In this document: positions 15,241-28,942 of the stretch, one piece after another
How the letters are laid out: every line of letters begins with the position of its first letter
Numbering within the stretch: the stretch's first letter is position 1
DNA from: Trichoplax adhaerens
Taxonomy: Eukaryota; Animalia; Placozoa
Assembly: GCF_000150275.1 (NCBI RefSeq)
Contig: NW_002060958.1
Location: 464,374-528,373 of the forward strand
DNA length: 64,000 nucleotides
Direction: 5' to 3'
Translations under genes and position numbers: made by a program
The notes under the pieces: model-generated
The model's input: only the letters and a program-made list of their open reading frames with translations
The model's database searches: none
What the model was told of the DNA's origin: nothing

Positions 15241-18200
15241 CTAGTTTTCCTACAGATACAATACTAAGGCAACATATAATTTAAATCTAAATCAAAAATA
15301 TTTAAAATCAAGCACAAAATTGGTTAGCTAAACTTTACCAATATTTGGAATGTAATGTATAAAATGTCATGGTATGTTGCCATGAATTTTAAGGCTATAC
15401 AGACGAGGTGATAATTCTAAAACATTACTGCTGCTCTTTTCAGGCCAAAATATTTTAAAATCGAGTACGTCTGTTAATTTAGCTGAATTTTATTAATACT
15501 TAGAACACAATGCAAAAAATGTGAATTATTTATTTTAAGAACAGTCTTGAAATGATTAGATACGATAAATAAAATTCGATCATTTTTCGACCTTATTTAG
15601 AGCTATGTAAACGCAGAGTTTATCGCTTTATGACGTTGCTCATTAAAGGATACTAGTAATGCACAATACGATGATTATCGTCTAGAGTAATTTCTGATAA
15701 CTTTTGAAATTTTAGAATAATTCTGTACCTATTTTTAGCCAATATTAGGTGGTTACACGTATAGCCATAATGCCGCAATACCTTCATATTGTAATGAATT
15801 AAATAAATATAATTCCTATTATGAGTAGATGCCAACACTACCGACTTCTAGAAGAGTTAGGCAAATTAAACAGATCATAGCCAACCTTAGCAAGGCCATT
15901 ACCTGCACGTTTTGCTGTATTAATATAGCATCGATAAAGAAAATTCATTTGATTTCATGATTTAAATTAACCGCGTTAGGATAGAAAGTTTAAAAATTGA
16001 AAGCTATTCTATAATGACATATAGTGACAATAACTTAATCTATCACAGAAATTAAATTCATAGGGAACGGTAGTATCTAATTATAAGAATTAATTATCCA
16101 TAATCCCAGCTTGTATTGTAAGTGTGATGTATGTAGAAAATAGTTAAAAATAAAAAGTGGGTATATAACAAGCTAATGATCACAGTAATCGAATTTTGAT
16201 TTATATTACCGGTATATTATGACTTTAATTGCAGTTATTACAGGAAATAAGTTGATCTTCCACAGTTAACTACAGAATAATAAAATGGCATATGGAAGAA
16301 TTTTAAGGAAGAGGAGATAAAAGTTACTCTTGAAATTTGAGAATTGTTTGCACAATTGTAAAAGACGAAATTATTTAAATTATAACTGAAAATTATCATT
16401 TCCATAATAGATTCTAGGAGAAGCTTTTACAAGCTTTTAATAATTTCTAAATATCTCACGATAATTATATTAGGTATGGTCATGTTATGTTTCTCACTAA
16501 CAATTCAGTTTATAATTTGGACCATTTACATTAAATTAGGAGTAACTTTGCGTATGATAGATATTCTGCGTATCCGAAAAAAATTATTACATATACATGT
16601 ATTGCATGTCTTATTAAATATTGAGCATTGAGGATACCTCAAAACGATATAAATCAAGGAATAAAGGTATCAATATGCATCTAACGCATAGGGATAAATT
16701 ACGAACTACAAGGCCATTCATAGCAAAAGTTTTGAGATTCCGACTAAAGCAGTGTATGCCCACAATACTTTTTATCACCTGAAAGCTTTTATATTAGATA
16801 TATACAGTACATATATATATAAAATTTTGATTATTAATAAGAAACGACTATCTTTGGATACTGAATGTGTATTTATTAATTAATATGCACTAGGTTTCTA
16901 TCAATATAGATACCTATACGTCAATTATAATAACGAATGTTATCGGATACAGCAGCTTTAAGCAGAGAAATTTTAAGACTTCAACGGTAGTTCTCGGATA
17001 CCATTGCTGCAGAATTGTATTGCTCGATAATTTATATTTCAACAGTCTACTTTGAATGAGGAAGCACAGAGTGATATATGCTAACGATAGCACGATGACT
17101 ATAGTAGAAACGGAAGGAAATAGCACATCGATTCCGGCTTAAGAAATTTGCTTATGTTTTATGAATTTGCTCTTTGATTCTAGCTAGAATCATCTAGAAG
17201 CCTAATAATGCAGGCTTATTAATACCTGTTTGCAGTAATTATAACTTTGAGTTTTATAATAAATATATAATTACACCATTTCTATGGCGTTCATACTAAA
17301 CTATAATGATTTTGAATGAAAAGTTAATTGACATTGTATAGAGTTAAACTTCAATAGCTTTGATAATCGCTCTACTAGGCTTAAATTTAAAGTTGAATAT
17401 ATGTATATGTTCTGTAAGTGATCCCGAAAAATCCCAATACAATCGCTATAAGCAGCAATGGAGAGTACGTATCGTGACCACTCGAAAATACTATAATTGT
17501 TAATGCTCCACTTTATAATGCTGTAAATTCGCCGATGCTATTGAGTAGTCCATAAATCTGTTAGTCCTGTGGATTTAAATATCATCTAGAAAATTTGGAA
17601 TGGCAACCGTAGTTGAAATTTAACTAATAGCAGATGCATATTACTACTCATGGCATTAATGTGGTATCATGATAATTTTACGGACAACTTGCTATTGATC
17701 ATTAGTTGGATCAAGATAGGTAATCCAACAAAAGTATTTACTTCGTTACCATAGTAGCATTAATTAGATTGTAATTGCATTCAATGATTAATTTCCAGTA
17801 GGTCATAAATTCATCTATTTGGTCCAATGAGAACATCAATACTTTTCATTTCAAAGATAATGCTTTCTTGTATGCTTTTCCAGTAGAAATTATACTTCCG
17901 TTAGTCATTTTAAATAAGAAAATAATTAAAGCCAAACTGTCATCCATTTTCCGATTTTGGATAAGCGCGTTTTATAATCATTTATTCGGTCCTTTATCAG
18001 AAACTTTCTCGAGACAGCTATCAATTTATCAATTATACATAATAATTTTTGGCTAATTTATAACTAAATATCAATAGCCAATTCCAATACAGATGCAACA
18101 AAGATACGTAGTATTGTTCCATTCTCGCTATTAACGCTGCCTTTGTATCTTACTATTCGTGCTTTGGCCTAAGCAAAAATTTTCTCCTTTTTAGGGAACT

Positions 18201-18327
18201 GATACAAGAATTTTGATTTCATTCTAGTATCGTCGTTAACAATTTAATCGATTTTGCATCAGTACAGACAGAACGCCGATGTCCATATTAAGTCAAGGAA
18301 ACTGAAATATTTTATGAATTTCTAGCA

Positions 18328-19368
18328 ATGTCTGGCATCAATTTATATTCATTTGTCAATACTTCAGTTATGAACCACAGCGATATCACCTTAAGCATCT
18401 TTCCATTTTCATCTTCTATTGCATTTATAGCAATCACTACTAATATATTTGTAGTTGTGCTTATTTTAAGTCAGCGGCATCTAAGGACATCTTGTAACGC
18501 TCTTATATGCAGCAGTTGTATAAGTGCTTCCATGGCCGCAATGACTGAGGTTTTGGCTGGATCGGTGTCCAATTTTGTCGTCAATCCGATTAAAACAACA
18601 TTACTCCAATGCGTACTTAGCATTCCACTTCGAACTACCATGTTTTGTATCTTTACTTTACATGTAACCATGTTAAGTCTGGAACGATTTTATTCGGTCA
18701 TTTATCCCTTTAAATATCGTCGCTTTGTGAACAAGAAAAATGCCACTATCGTGTTATTTCTTACGTGGGCAGTTCCTTTATTTTTTGTCGTTTTACTGAT
18801 TGAATTTATCTCCTATCTTCAATTTGGATACTGTTTCCCATGGAGTAATATGGGAATATTTGCTCTGGTTCTTGTCTATATTTTACCTCCATTGACATTT
18901 TTCTTACCTCCTCTGGTTACCTTTTTCGTTTATCTTAAAATATTACGTCAAATCGATGCCTTAGAGCGTAAAATTTGGTCCGTATCATGTCAAAAAGAAG
19001 AAACCTGTAGATGGACAAGCTATCGGCACATGTTGCGCCATCGAAAAGTCTTATTTCAGATGTTTACCATCTTAGCAGTTTATTCGTTAGCATTTATTCC
19101 TTGTATCGTTGTTTACTTGGTTTATTTTACACATTATGATACTTCCCTTTTACTGCCAATTTTAATAACTTACTTAATGGCGACGTCTTACCTTTTTATT
19201 CATCCTGTCTTGGCTATAATATTTACTGCCGCAATTAAAAGTGAATTTAAGAAGAAATTTGGTCGTCATTACTGGCTATCTGCAGGCCGTTCTTTTTGTC
19301 GATGCCATCGTTATTGGGTAAAAAATAATGCAATTCGTAGTAAAAATACTCTAGAGACAATAGGTTGA
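18328..19368 (+). CDS. Rhodopsin-like (class A) GPCR, single coding exon, 346 aa
   Basis: Seven hydrophobic segments; TM1 Asn (TTNIF), LSLERFYSVIYPFKY (DRY equivalent), TM4 W..P, TM5 FFLPP, TM6 AFIP, TM7 IHPVL in place of NPxxY, and helix 8 EFKKKF. Confidence 0.92.
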   Translation: MSGINLYSFVNTSVMNHSDITLSIFPFSSSIAFIAITTNIFVVVLILSQRHLRTSCNALICSSCISASMAAMTEVLAGSVSNFVVNPIKTTLLQCVLSIPLRTTMFCIFTLHVTMLSLERFYSVIYPFKYRRFVNKKNATIVLFLTWAVPLFFVVLLIEFISYLQFGYCFPWSNMGIFALVLVYILPPLTFFLPPLVTFFVYLKILRQIDALERKIWSVSCQKEETCRWTSYRHMLRHRKVLFQMFTILAVYSLAFIPCIVVYLVYFTHYDTSLLLPILITYLMATSYLFIHPVLAIIFTAAIKSEFKKKFGRHYWLSAGRSFCRCHRYWVKNNAIRSKNTLETIG

Positions 19369-20223
19369 GCTATAGCTCTAAAGACATTCGTCATGGCTAC
19401 CGAATTGGGTATTTACAACTGGATTCACTTCAAACTATATCAAGGTACAACCTATGTAATGTAATCCGACTAATTTTAAGTTGGATTTTAGCCTATTGGT
19501 CAGAATCGATCAGAACATTCAAGAGCTGCTGTAGTTAATATCACGATGGGTTGAAATAGTTATACCGCCTAACAGTTATCGGAAAGTCTATTTAGTCATC
19601 CTAGGATGATATTTATTAAAGCTTAATAGTCGAATTTTGAACCTTCGACTTCATTCATGCACTCGTATTCAATTTGTCAAGACTGACAGCAAAATTTTAC
19701 CCATGAAATTATGAAATAACCAGAAATTAGCATATTATGCGCATCAAGATAGCCGTATAAACATCATATCAAAGCCAACCTTCGATAATATAGATATATA
19801 TGCTGTTTAAATAAAGTTTGCTATAATTGTTTACTAGTGCGATAAACTCTAAAGTTTATCTATTTTTCGATATTTAAAACATGAATATCATTCAATTCGT
19901 GCCTAAAATTTTAAAATAATCAAAAAATTGATATATTTTTAAAGGCGAATTGCTATGTTTTGGTCCTTATTATATCGCTCTTCGATCATATCGCTTGTCA
20001 AGATGAGGTATAATGGCTAAAATTAATATCACCTTGTCATTACTTTGAACTTAGAAAATGGCCAATGGAGCAAATTCACATTTAAGGCTTGTTACTCTAC
20101 AACATAATAATCCAAAAGTATACGATCTCATTCAAACACAGAAGTTATCTATTACGAACAGAACATGGTTATTTATTTATTGTTGGGGAGACATTGCACT
20201 ATAATTGCGTGATTTAAAGCTTA

Positions 20224-20500
20224 TGGATTCTATTTTTTTAAATTCCAGTAGCTTACATCTTGACATTTCTTGGAGATTGATAGCACTGATATTTCATGAA
20301 ATTAAAACATCAAGGAGCTTAATCCAAAATTAAGAAGGCATTTAGTTTGTTAGTATTCGTATTATCGTTTTCGGATTCCGTTCTTTTAATTCGAGTAGCT
20401 TGTATGCTCTAGCATTTCAAAAACTTGAAAGAGTTTAATCCAAAATCATGTACGCATTTGATTTGTAGGCTTTCATATTGTCGTTTACAATCATATTTCC
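20224..20500. repeat. Decayed local duplication, 2-3 copies
   Basis: GATTC...TTTTAAATTC(C/G)AGTAGCTT...CATTTC...GAG(C/T)TTAATCCAAAAT...GCATTT..TTTGT recurs at about 20226 and 20374. Confidence 0.5.
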
Positions 20501-23500
20501 TTTTTATTTCATCGCCATCCAATTTTAAATTTAAAAGATTTATTCTTTAATCATGGTGCAGTGATAATATACCCAAATTTTTGAAGACTTACGATTCTGA
20601 TGCTTCATAAAATTTGCGGAGCTAATAACGGTTAATTAAATAAACCTGCAGTTACTGTTTCTACGCTGTTATTTTATACTGTAATATACTGCGATTCCAT
20701 GTTACCGTTTGGAACTGAAGACCAGCTATTTCATGAAAAGCATTCATGCATACATAATTTTCAGGTATAAAATACCGATATAGTAAAGCAAAATTGAATC
20801 TGTCATCTTGTTTATGGCCAGACGGACTTATTGCATCTTATTACACATTTCATGTATTCAATCTCGGATAACAATTCATGCAATTTATTTCTTGTATTAA
20901 ACCTTACTCGTTTCTTACGGTAGACTTATCATATCGATTCTTACAATATGTTAAGGATCAACCTCCTGTATCTAAAGCTTATTTTAATCATGGCAAACAA
21001 TTTTCTAAAATATATGGTAGTAGCGATCAATTACTTTAGTAGAGAAATCAATCTTTATGACTCAAAATTAATATTTCAATATAGAATAGAAGGTGTATAC
21101 CATGTAATAGCTTCAAAACTTTTTCATTAAATACAATACATAAACAAGATTTTATTTACAAACAAACTTAAATGGCTAAAGGTAAGCTTTCTAAAGCAAA
21201 TTATATGTTGTTGTCATTTTTTATATGAGAGGCTGACATTGGCTAAGATTAAAATCATCAATTACTAGACTTCTTCGCTTCCAATGTGAATTTTGTATAA
21301 GGTATCAATGGATAAACGTTTCCTATTATTTCGAAATACTAATTAATCGAAAGTCCTAGGTTAAATTGTTTATATTTTATTGAATAGCTCATCTCAATTT
21401 ATTGCCTTCTCGAATAAATAAGATGATGCATACAATGTGACTACTATAATAAATACTATAACAGCTTGACTTTTTAGAATGTTTTTGTCTAGGAAAGCTT
21501 TTGTATAACGGTAGTTTACAAATGAAATACTTGACGTGATTTAATTTGATCCTCAATCAGTAAAATTTGTCAATCAATAATTTTTGTTTTGAATGTCATG
21601 TCATATAGCTATGGCGTATTTACAAAGCATGTAAAATCATTTGATCTATAATCTATTTTGTATTTTTCCACTATGCACGTATATCGTAGTTTCTTAGCTA
21701 TACAAGCCAATTTTTACTTCTTTTAATTCATGCATTTCTTAGCTATTTCATAGAAAGCGATTAATACATCTTTCATCATCAAAAATATATGCGTGATATA
21801 TTGAGCCGCTTTAATCATACTTATTATTGTATCAATCTTTCATCGCTTTCCACTTAGTATTTATAATAAGATTTTGAAAACGACATTGATAATCTACTCT
21901 TTATTTTAACAATAATATGCTTAAGCATTCGAGTTATGTCGATTTTCATCATTTTGGTGTCTTACAAAGGTTGGATTGAATATCAGATTTTCAAATACGA
22001 CGACCATCTGAAATTTCGTACTGACCCAAATAAGAAAAACTATTCTTTAAATGAACGCTTTGTATAGTAAATTCGAATAAATTTTTAAGCATGCTATTAT
22101 TTGTTCCAGATTTGCACTGGGATCTAAGTTGATGTCAAATCATTACTGCTAGCCCTTCTGAGATCATACTGAGTAAGGAATTTAATGTCGTAAAGAGCTT
22201 ACATTGACGTATACTTACCTAGACAGATTTTAGTAACAAAATCATAAATGATGTTTACTTATGATGAGGTTTAACGCAGTAATTTAAATTACTTGAGAGA
22301 GGGTAGTAACTTATTAAGTTATTTAAAAATAGTAGTAGGGCAATTAATACTGCAAGTAAACAGAATCCTGGCGGACAGAATAATTGAAATCAGCTACGCT
22401 AATATTTCGTGAACAGTTGACTAGATTCTCTAACTATCCTATGATACAAAAATAGAAGCTTAGAGTATATAAATTCTAATCCAAGAAAATTCATAGGAAA
22501 GATTTAATACGCGATAGGTAAATTATCGCCATTATTAGAATTTTTTGTCTGGATGAACAGAAACTGATGTCACTGCATGTCCTTTAATATCTTGCTAAGA
22601 TTACAATCATCGACCGATCGGGATCATATGTACTTAAAATACTTCACGCTCAAAAATGGTGTCAGATTTTACCAGATATTCGATATTCCACACGCCACTT
22701 TGTTTAGATTACCCAAATTTAAAAAAAATTAGTGTCAAAATCACCAATCACAATGCTTCCTTAAATTTCGATGACAACGATTATGGAAAATTAAAGCTTT
22801 TCTTATTTACTCGGTCTACTATGCTATACTTGAAAAATTGTAAGGTATCTTTATTGATAAAAAAATTTCGTTTAAGTATTTTTATTTACTTCAAATCTTG
22901 CGGAAATAAATTATATCATATAGGCTTTGAACATGCAATGATTTTGACATTAAACGTGCGTTTTGAAAACATGGTTGAGAGCTTAGTAATAGTGCGTAGT
23001 ACAGCCGTGTAATGTAGAATAGATAGTTAAAGCTTTTAAAGTAATTACACATTAGCGCTCGAAGTTATTCATGACCTGAAATAATTTCTCTTAATTTTCT
23101 AAATGGGTCATGACATAATTAGTTTTAATCTTACTTTAAATGAGGCTAACATTATTTTCGGTCAGTTATCAAAACAATGACTCGCATGTTGGCATATTTC
23201 ATGATGGAAATCAGAAATTATTAATTAAATCGCTATTAGAGATTCACCTCTTCTTTATAAGCTTGATAATTTGGCAGCATACCTTCGGATATTTAATACA
23301 AACTATAAAAGAATAGCTTATTCTTTAAACTTCATTTTAGGTTGGCAACAAGAAATCATCCGTGGTTTTCAAATGTATGAAGTGCAATTCAATTTTACTA
23401 AAATGTAGTTTCCAAAGCTATGCAGTTGTAAAAGACACTAAAGCTCTTTACACTTATATGCTTTCTCTATTTTCATTATTAAAAAGAGCGAAAGTTCGTC

Positions 23501-26500
23501 GTTATTCATTAGTAACTATAGTTACGAAACAGGAGATCATGCTTGAATATCGTGTCGCAGTTATGCTGATTATTAGATAACTGATTAAGCGGAAATAGCG
23601 TTTCCATCAAACTTCCTCAGGAAAACATCTGCGTCTCACAAATAAATATATAATATAGAATTAATTAGATACCAGCAGATTTAATCAGAATTTAGCGTTA
23701 TCATTACCAAGGGCATGAGAGACAATTATGCACAGGCGTGTTATTAATTCTTAACTTACATCGTACAGTATGTTAGTTTGCATATCATAACTAATCATTA
23801 CTACTATAAACTCCGAACCTTAGACTTGATAGTAAAAGGTGTGGTAGAATTAGGCTGCTGGGAAAAGAAACTCTAAAAAAATTACTAGTTTAATTATGTG
23901 GCCTAATAATGACGAGTACCTTGCAATATATGGGCTATACTGTTGGTACAGAATCTGTTACTTACTTTCTGTTCAACAACTTATTAGTTTAAATTAACCA
24001 GCGATGCATAGCAATAGCAAATGTCCTAAAATTTTAAACTATCTTGAATATTTTACCGTAATAATAATAGTATAAATTGATCTAATTAGAAAAGAAACAT
24101 CCTATTTGCTTATCTAAATAAAAGGATGTAGCAATATCTTCAGGATGATAACAAGTATATAGCGTGTTCAAATTAATTACTAGTGGTTATGCCTTTTCAA
24201 CTATTACTATCCTATGATTTAGAATATTATATTTTAATTAATTTCTATGCTACTACCGAAACACTATTATCAAGAAATGACAATTCTTTTATTTATTTGA
24301 ATTGCAAATATCTATAGCTCACTACACAATACCATAACTCAATTTAATTTCAACCGTTGCGTTAATAGAATTATTAAACAATGTAATTTTAACTAATTAT
24401 GGTATTTTATTCACATGAACTATAATGGAAGCTGTATCTGCATTAATTTAATCGTAATTAGTTATGAGCGTAACATTTAATAATATTCAAGGTATCCACT
24501 GTCCAATTTACCGTAGATCAGAAAAAGTTAGATTCGGTATTCGTAGATAATAACGGCTGTTACTTCAGATATAAAAGACTTTTAAAATATTTATTTTACT
24601 TTTGGTTAGTAATTTATCAGGTGGTCTATCCTGTTATTTATTTGTTCACATTCGTGACTTGACTGTAGTAATGTAGAAAGACTAAATGTCATACTGGAAG
24701 GTTGGCAGAGAGAAAGTACAATTCAGATTGCAGTATAATTATTCTTATATACGATGATACCGTATATCGTCGATATCTTTTAGGACTGAACGTAATTTAG
24801 TGCTAGGGATTCGCCAATGCAGGTATCCGTATAAAGGGAGAAATTCGGTCTCATTTCCTTAGAAAGTACATGAAGAACGGTAATGCTGGTACGTTAAGAT
24901 AACCGTAACTGCCGTAAATTCGATTTAAATTGCTTTACTTTATTAATTACATTAAAGTATACTGATAAGTGGATATAAATTGCTTTTTCTTAGATTGTAT
25001 GCCATTTCGAAATTTTATGTATTTTTCTGACACGATTAAATTGAATATCTTCTAACTAATTCTGTACTTGTAGTTTTTTGACTGTTATAGTTAGTTATAA
25101 AATTAATCGATACATATATGCAAAAAGTACTGACTAACTTAAATCCTGTAACACTTACTGCATGAATAGTATCGAATCGCGTACCTATATCAACATGTTT
25201 TTGTAATTTATGGCATGCGAGTATTTGTCGTATTTGTAGCAGTTGTATCGGTTATGCCCGATCGGCTTGCTGTATTTTGATGAGTGACTGGAATAACTTG
25301 GATTTTTCATCTTTCAAATTGCTAAACTTACTTGCGGCCAAGAAGTGGCATATATAGAAAAATTAGTATCTAGTATATTTTTCGTAAATTAACCTTACAG
25401 ATATAAAAAACCTTCTATTACGCATTAAAATTTTTGCATATTATCTACCGTGATTATAGATAGAGCTTTTTTTCGTAATATTATTAAAAGTAGTTTTAAT
25501 TAGTGTTGGCATAGCTGATGCTTATATATGACATCAAATCGAGCAAAATTCATTCTCTATACTTTAACTACAGCAAGAGAAAGTGCACCATGATTGTAAC
25601 ATCCTGATGATCAGCTTTTAATAAGTATTTAAGTTTTACGGTAGACCTTACGCAAGTATGACGTGGGCATAATTTTGAAAACAATTATAACACAATCCAT
25701 TTGCTTAACTGATCTGCCGTTTCATTATAAACGTAAAATAAGTGCCAAAGGGCACTTTTATACCCTTTAATGGTATTTGAGATATTGTAAATGTCAATCT
25801 TAAATATAGAGATGTAAAATTATCTCTATGGTCATAAATTATCACAATATTAGAGGGTAGGACGCTAAGTTGTGGCTACTAGGAAACAACCACATGGCGT
25901 TGCTGGAGGTCTCCCAATCTTTACTGTATGGGTAAATTACCGTACAGAATAATCTTCTCTTTTTGGATACTGTGTATATCTATGTTGTAACTTTAACGAA
26001 AATGTAGTTACATGCCCAATCGATGATTTAACAGTGTTTTACAATTTAGATATACTACTGCATATCTTACAATAATTTAATACCACAATTACTAGCGATT
26101 TTCACATGATCCATAGTAGTCAGTACTCTTACACATACTCTTTTGTCTAATCTATTGATTTATTCTGAAACTATAAAGCGAAAATATTGCTAATATGGAA
26201 TAGCGATAACCAAACTATGGGTAACAATATATAGAAACCAGAGATTTTATAAATGTACTAAGACTAAGAATAGTCTCCTAATTAAAATCATTTACTAAAG
26301 TTATATTATGTTCACATTGGAGACGCTATTGGTTTTAACAGTAAACTGTTAGCTACCAGCTATATAATATGCCCATTTGCTAACTTAAATACCTTTACCT
26401 TTACATTTATTAATAAAACTATAATACGATCAAGTTGGTTTAAACCAGGTAGCTAACAGAAATCGAAATTAGGAAATGAAACTTTCGGTACTGATAAATT

Positions 26501-27991
26501 AAGCTTATTGAGAAAGCTCTGGATTAGGTCTATACGATTCAAATTGATTTTATCGGCCGTGAAAGTGAAAAAGTATCTCATCTACTACAACCTTTAATTA
26601 GAAAAATTACCTGAAAATGTAAATAATTTTACATGTTATAAATCATACGAATTATATGTGTTTACTTTCAAAAGATTAATGATTAAATGATACATATCTC
26701 TTAATAAATTGAATTTATTACGATACGTAATTGATTTAAGAAAAATAGCTTCGTGCAGTTTAGACTCCATCTGATTTATTAATTATTTCTATCTTTAATA
26801 GTTACTATCGTAGAATCTAATTTACTGCTTTTTCCTTCAAATCTACCGGGCGTATTACCGTTCATTAATAAGAGATATAATTGCTTCGGTGACGTAATAG
26901 TAATTAATGATATTGATAATAATAATAAATAGGAAAAATTTTTTATGCATTTATTTATTGCAAAATATGTAATATCGAACGGTAAATATGCATGAAAAAT
27001 TTTTCTCACTAATGAGACAATGATGTATTATCTATAAAATCTAAAATTGCAGCTCTTTAAAATTTCATTTAAGAATTGGCTACAATCGACAATAAAAACT
27101 TGTGTAACAGAAAAAAGTAAATGATGCTGCCTAGTTACCCTTTCACGCAATAAAGCTTGTTTAAATATTAGTAAAATGATATGTAGCTGATATACTAGAG
27201 ATCATTGCTACGCTAATACTTCGTGATATATGGCTTATAAACTAGAGGTCATTGCTATACTACTAATTTGACTAAAATACCTTAATAATATCATTATCGT
27301 ACCAGATTGGGCCATAACAAAATATGTAAAGTTTGAGGATATACCGGTAGGGAGTAATCCTAAATTGAATCTATATTCGTATAAACGTTCATTTACGAGA
27401 CAATTGACGTGTTAGAGCGATAAGAAATATAGAACTTAATGCAATCGCATCGAACAATATCTGTAAATCGAAATATTTTTAGATCATAAGTCTATTTTTT
27501 TACCCAGGCTAATGTCAAATTTGGGTACATTTTAGCAATTATGTTCATATCACAGTTTCAATACTTTCGTTATATGTAAATACGGTACTAATATAGCATT
27601 AAACGTAATAAGTTCGACAAGGTTTCGTCATATTCATATCGTAGCTATTGCGATGAAATCGATTTAATTCTAATGACGTGCATCATATATTGCCATTCAA
27701 CATAATGCAATTCTTAGGCACCTTGATCGAGTATCGAAGGTTTGTTAGGGTGCGGTAATAATTTTTAGTCCACAATTTGTTAAGCTCTTAAAAACCTATT
27801 TAGAACCAGTTTGTAATAAAAAGAGTTAACCTGTGTCAACTAATTTATTTCTAGAAGATTGGTTCTAAACTAAATTGCTTCCAGCTATCGAAATTGATAA
27901 TAGCCTAAAAGCCTCTTTTAAGCCGTGTGGATCTTGCCTGATTTGAACGCTTTTTCTAAAATTAATTATTTTCTATTCTTGATTGGCGAAG

Positions 27992-28942
27992 ATGCTTTAT
28001 TTAAAATATAACAGCACTTCCTATAGGATAGAATACATTAGTAAAGAATTTAACATCTTATCCGTTACATTTTCAATTACTGCAATTGTTAGTAATATAA
28101 TAATTATTATTTTACTATTAAGTCGACCCTCTCTAAAAGTTCCAAGCTGGGCAATTACGTGTAGCTCTTGCTTTGCAGGCATTTTACTTGCAATGTCACA
28201 CGTAGCTAGTGGCTCAACAACTATCTTCACTGCTGGTCCCTTACAATCTATTCTAGTAGGATGCATTTTTGATGCAATAATGCATTTAACTGCTGAAGCT
28301 ATCTATAATATCCATATTGCATTTCTTAGCCTAGAGAGATTTTATGCAGTCATTTATCCATTTAAATATCGACGTATAGCATCGAAGGCGAACATTGCCA
28401 AACTTTTACTGGCAGTTTGGATTCTGCCTATTCTTTTTCTTCTGCTTCCAGTTAAGATTGCTGCGTATGTATATTGTAAATGCTGCCTCAATTGGTTTCG
28501 AATTCCAGTGATTAGAACGATTATGCTGTATTGTGCCGTGCCAATTCTCTACTTCCTACCGCCTGTTATTACAGTCTTAGTTTACGCTATTATTTTATGG
28601 CAACTTCATCGGAAAATTAATAGTCATGTATCTCCTGATTGCGCCCACTCTCATAAGCGAAAGATTAAATCTTACATACAAAATAGAAAGGCTATAATTC
28701 AAGCATTTATAATTGTATGTTTTTACGCTTTAACTTTTATTCCGGTTGTAATTTTCGCTTATATTATAACTTCTAAAAATTATTACCGACTGATGATTCC
28801 CTTTTTTACGAGTTCATTGATGATAATTGTATTCTTAAACATACATCCAATATTCATCATTTGTTTTAATGCGTCCTTGAAGGCAGAAGCGAAAACTAAA
28901 TTTCAACATTGGTTTATACCTTGCCAAATCAATACCTCTTAA
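27992..28942 (+). CDS. Rhodopsin-like (class A) GPCR, single coding exon, paralog of 18328-19368
   Basis: First ATG is at 27992 (the ORF track starts at an upstream TTG). It shares CSSC in TM2, LSLERFYAVIYPFKYRR, YFLPP, TFIP and IHPIF with the upstream GPCR. Confidence 0.92.
   Translation: MLYLKYNSTSYRIEYISKEFNILSVTFSITAIVSNIIIIILLLSRPSLKVPSWAITCSSCFAGILLAMSHVASGSTTIFTAGPLQSILVGCIFDAIMHLTAEAIYNIHIAFLSLERFYAVIYPFKYRRIASKANIAKLLLAVWILPILFLLLPVKIAAYVYCKCCLNWFRIPVIRTIMLYCAVPILYFLPPVITVLVYAIILWQLHRKINSHVSPDCAHSHKRKIKSYIQNRKAIIQAFIIVCFYALTFIPVVIFAYIITSKNYYRLMIPFFTSSLMIIVFLNIHPIFIICFNASLKAEAKTKFQHWFIPCQINTS

Noticed and set aside
19628-19652. tRNA-like T-arm hairpin (reverse strand GTCGAAGGTTCAAAATTCGAC)
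   Set aside because: No D-arm, anticodon arm or acceptor stem could be built; at most a SINE-like remnant.
19400-27900. Short ORFs between the two GPCRs (20948, 22656, 23362, 26779)
   Set aside because: They have the I/L/K/F/Y-rich composition typical of random AT-rich DNA, with no motifs or consistent splice structure.
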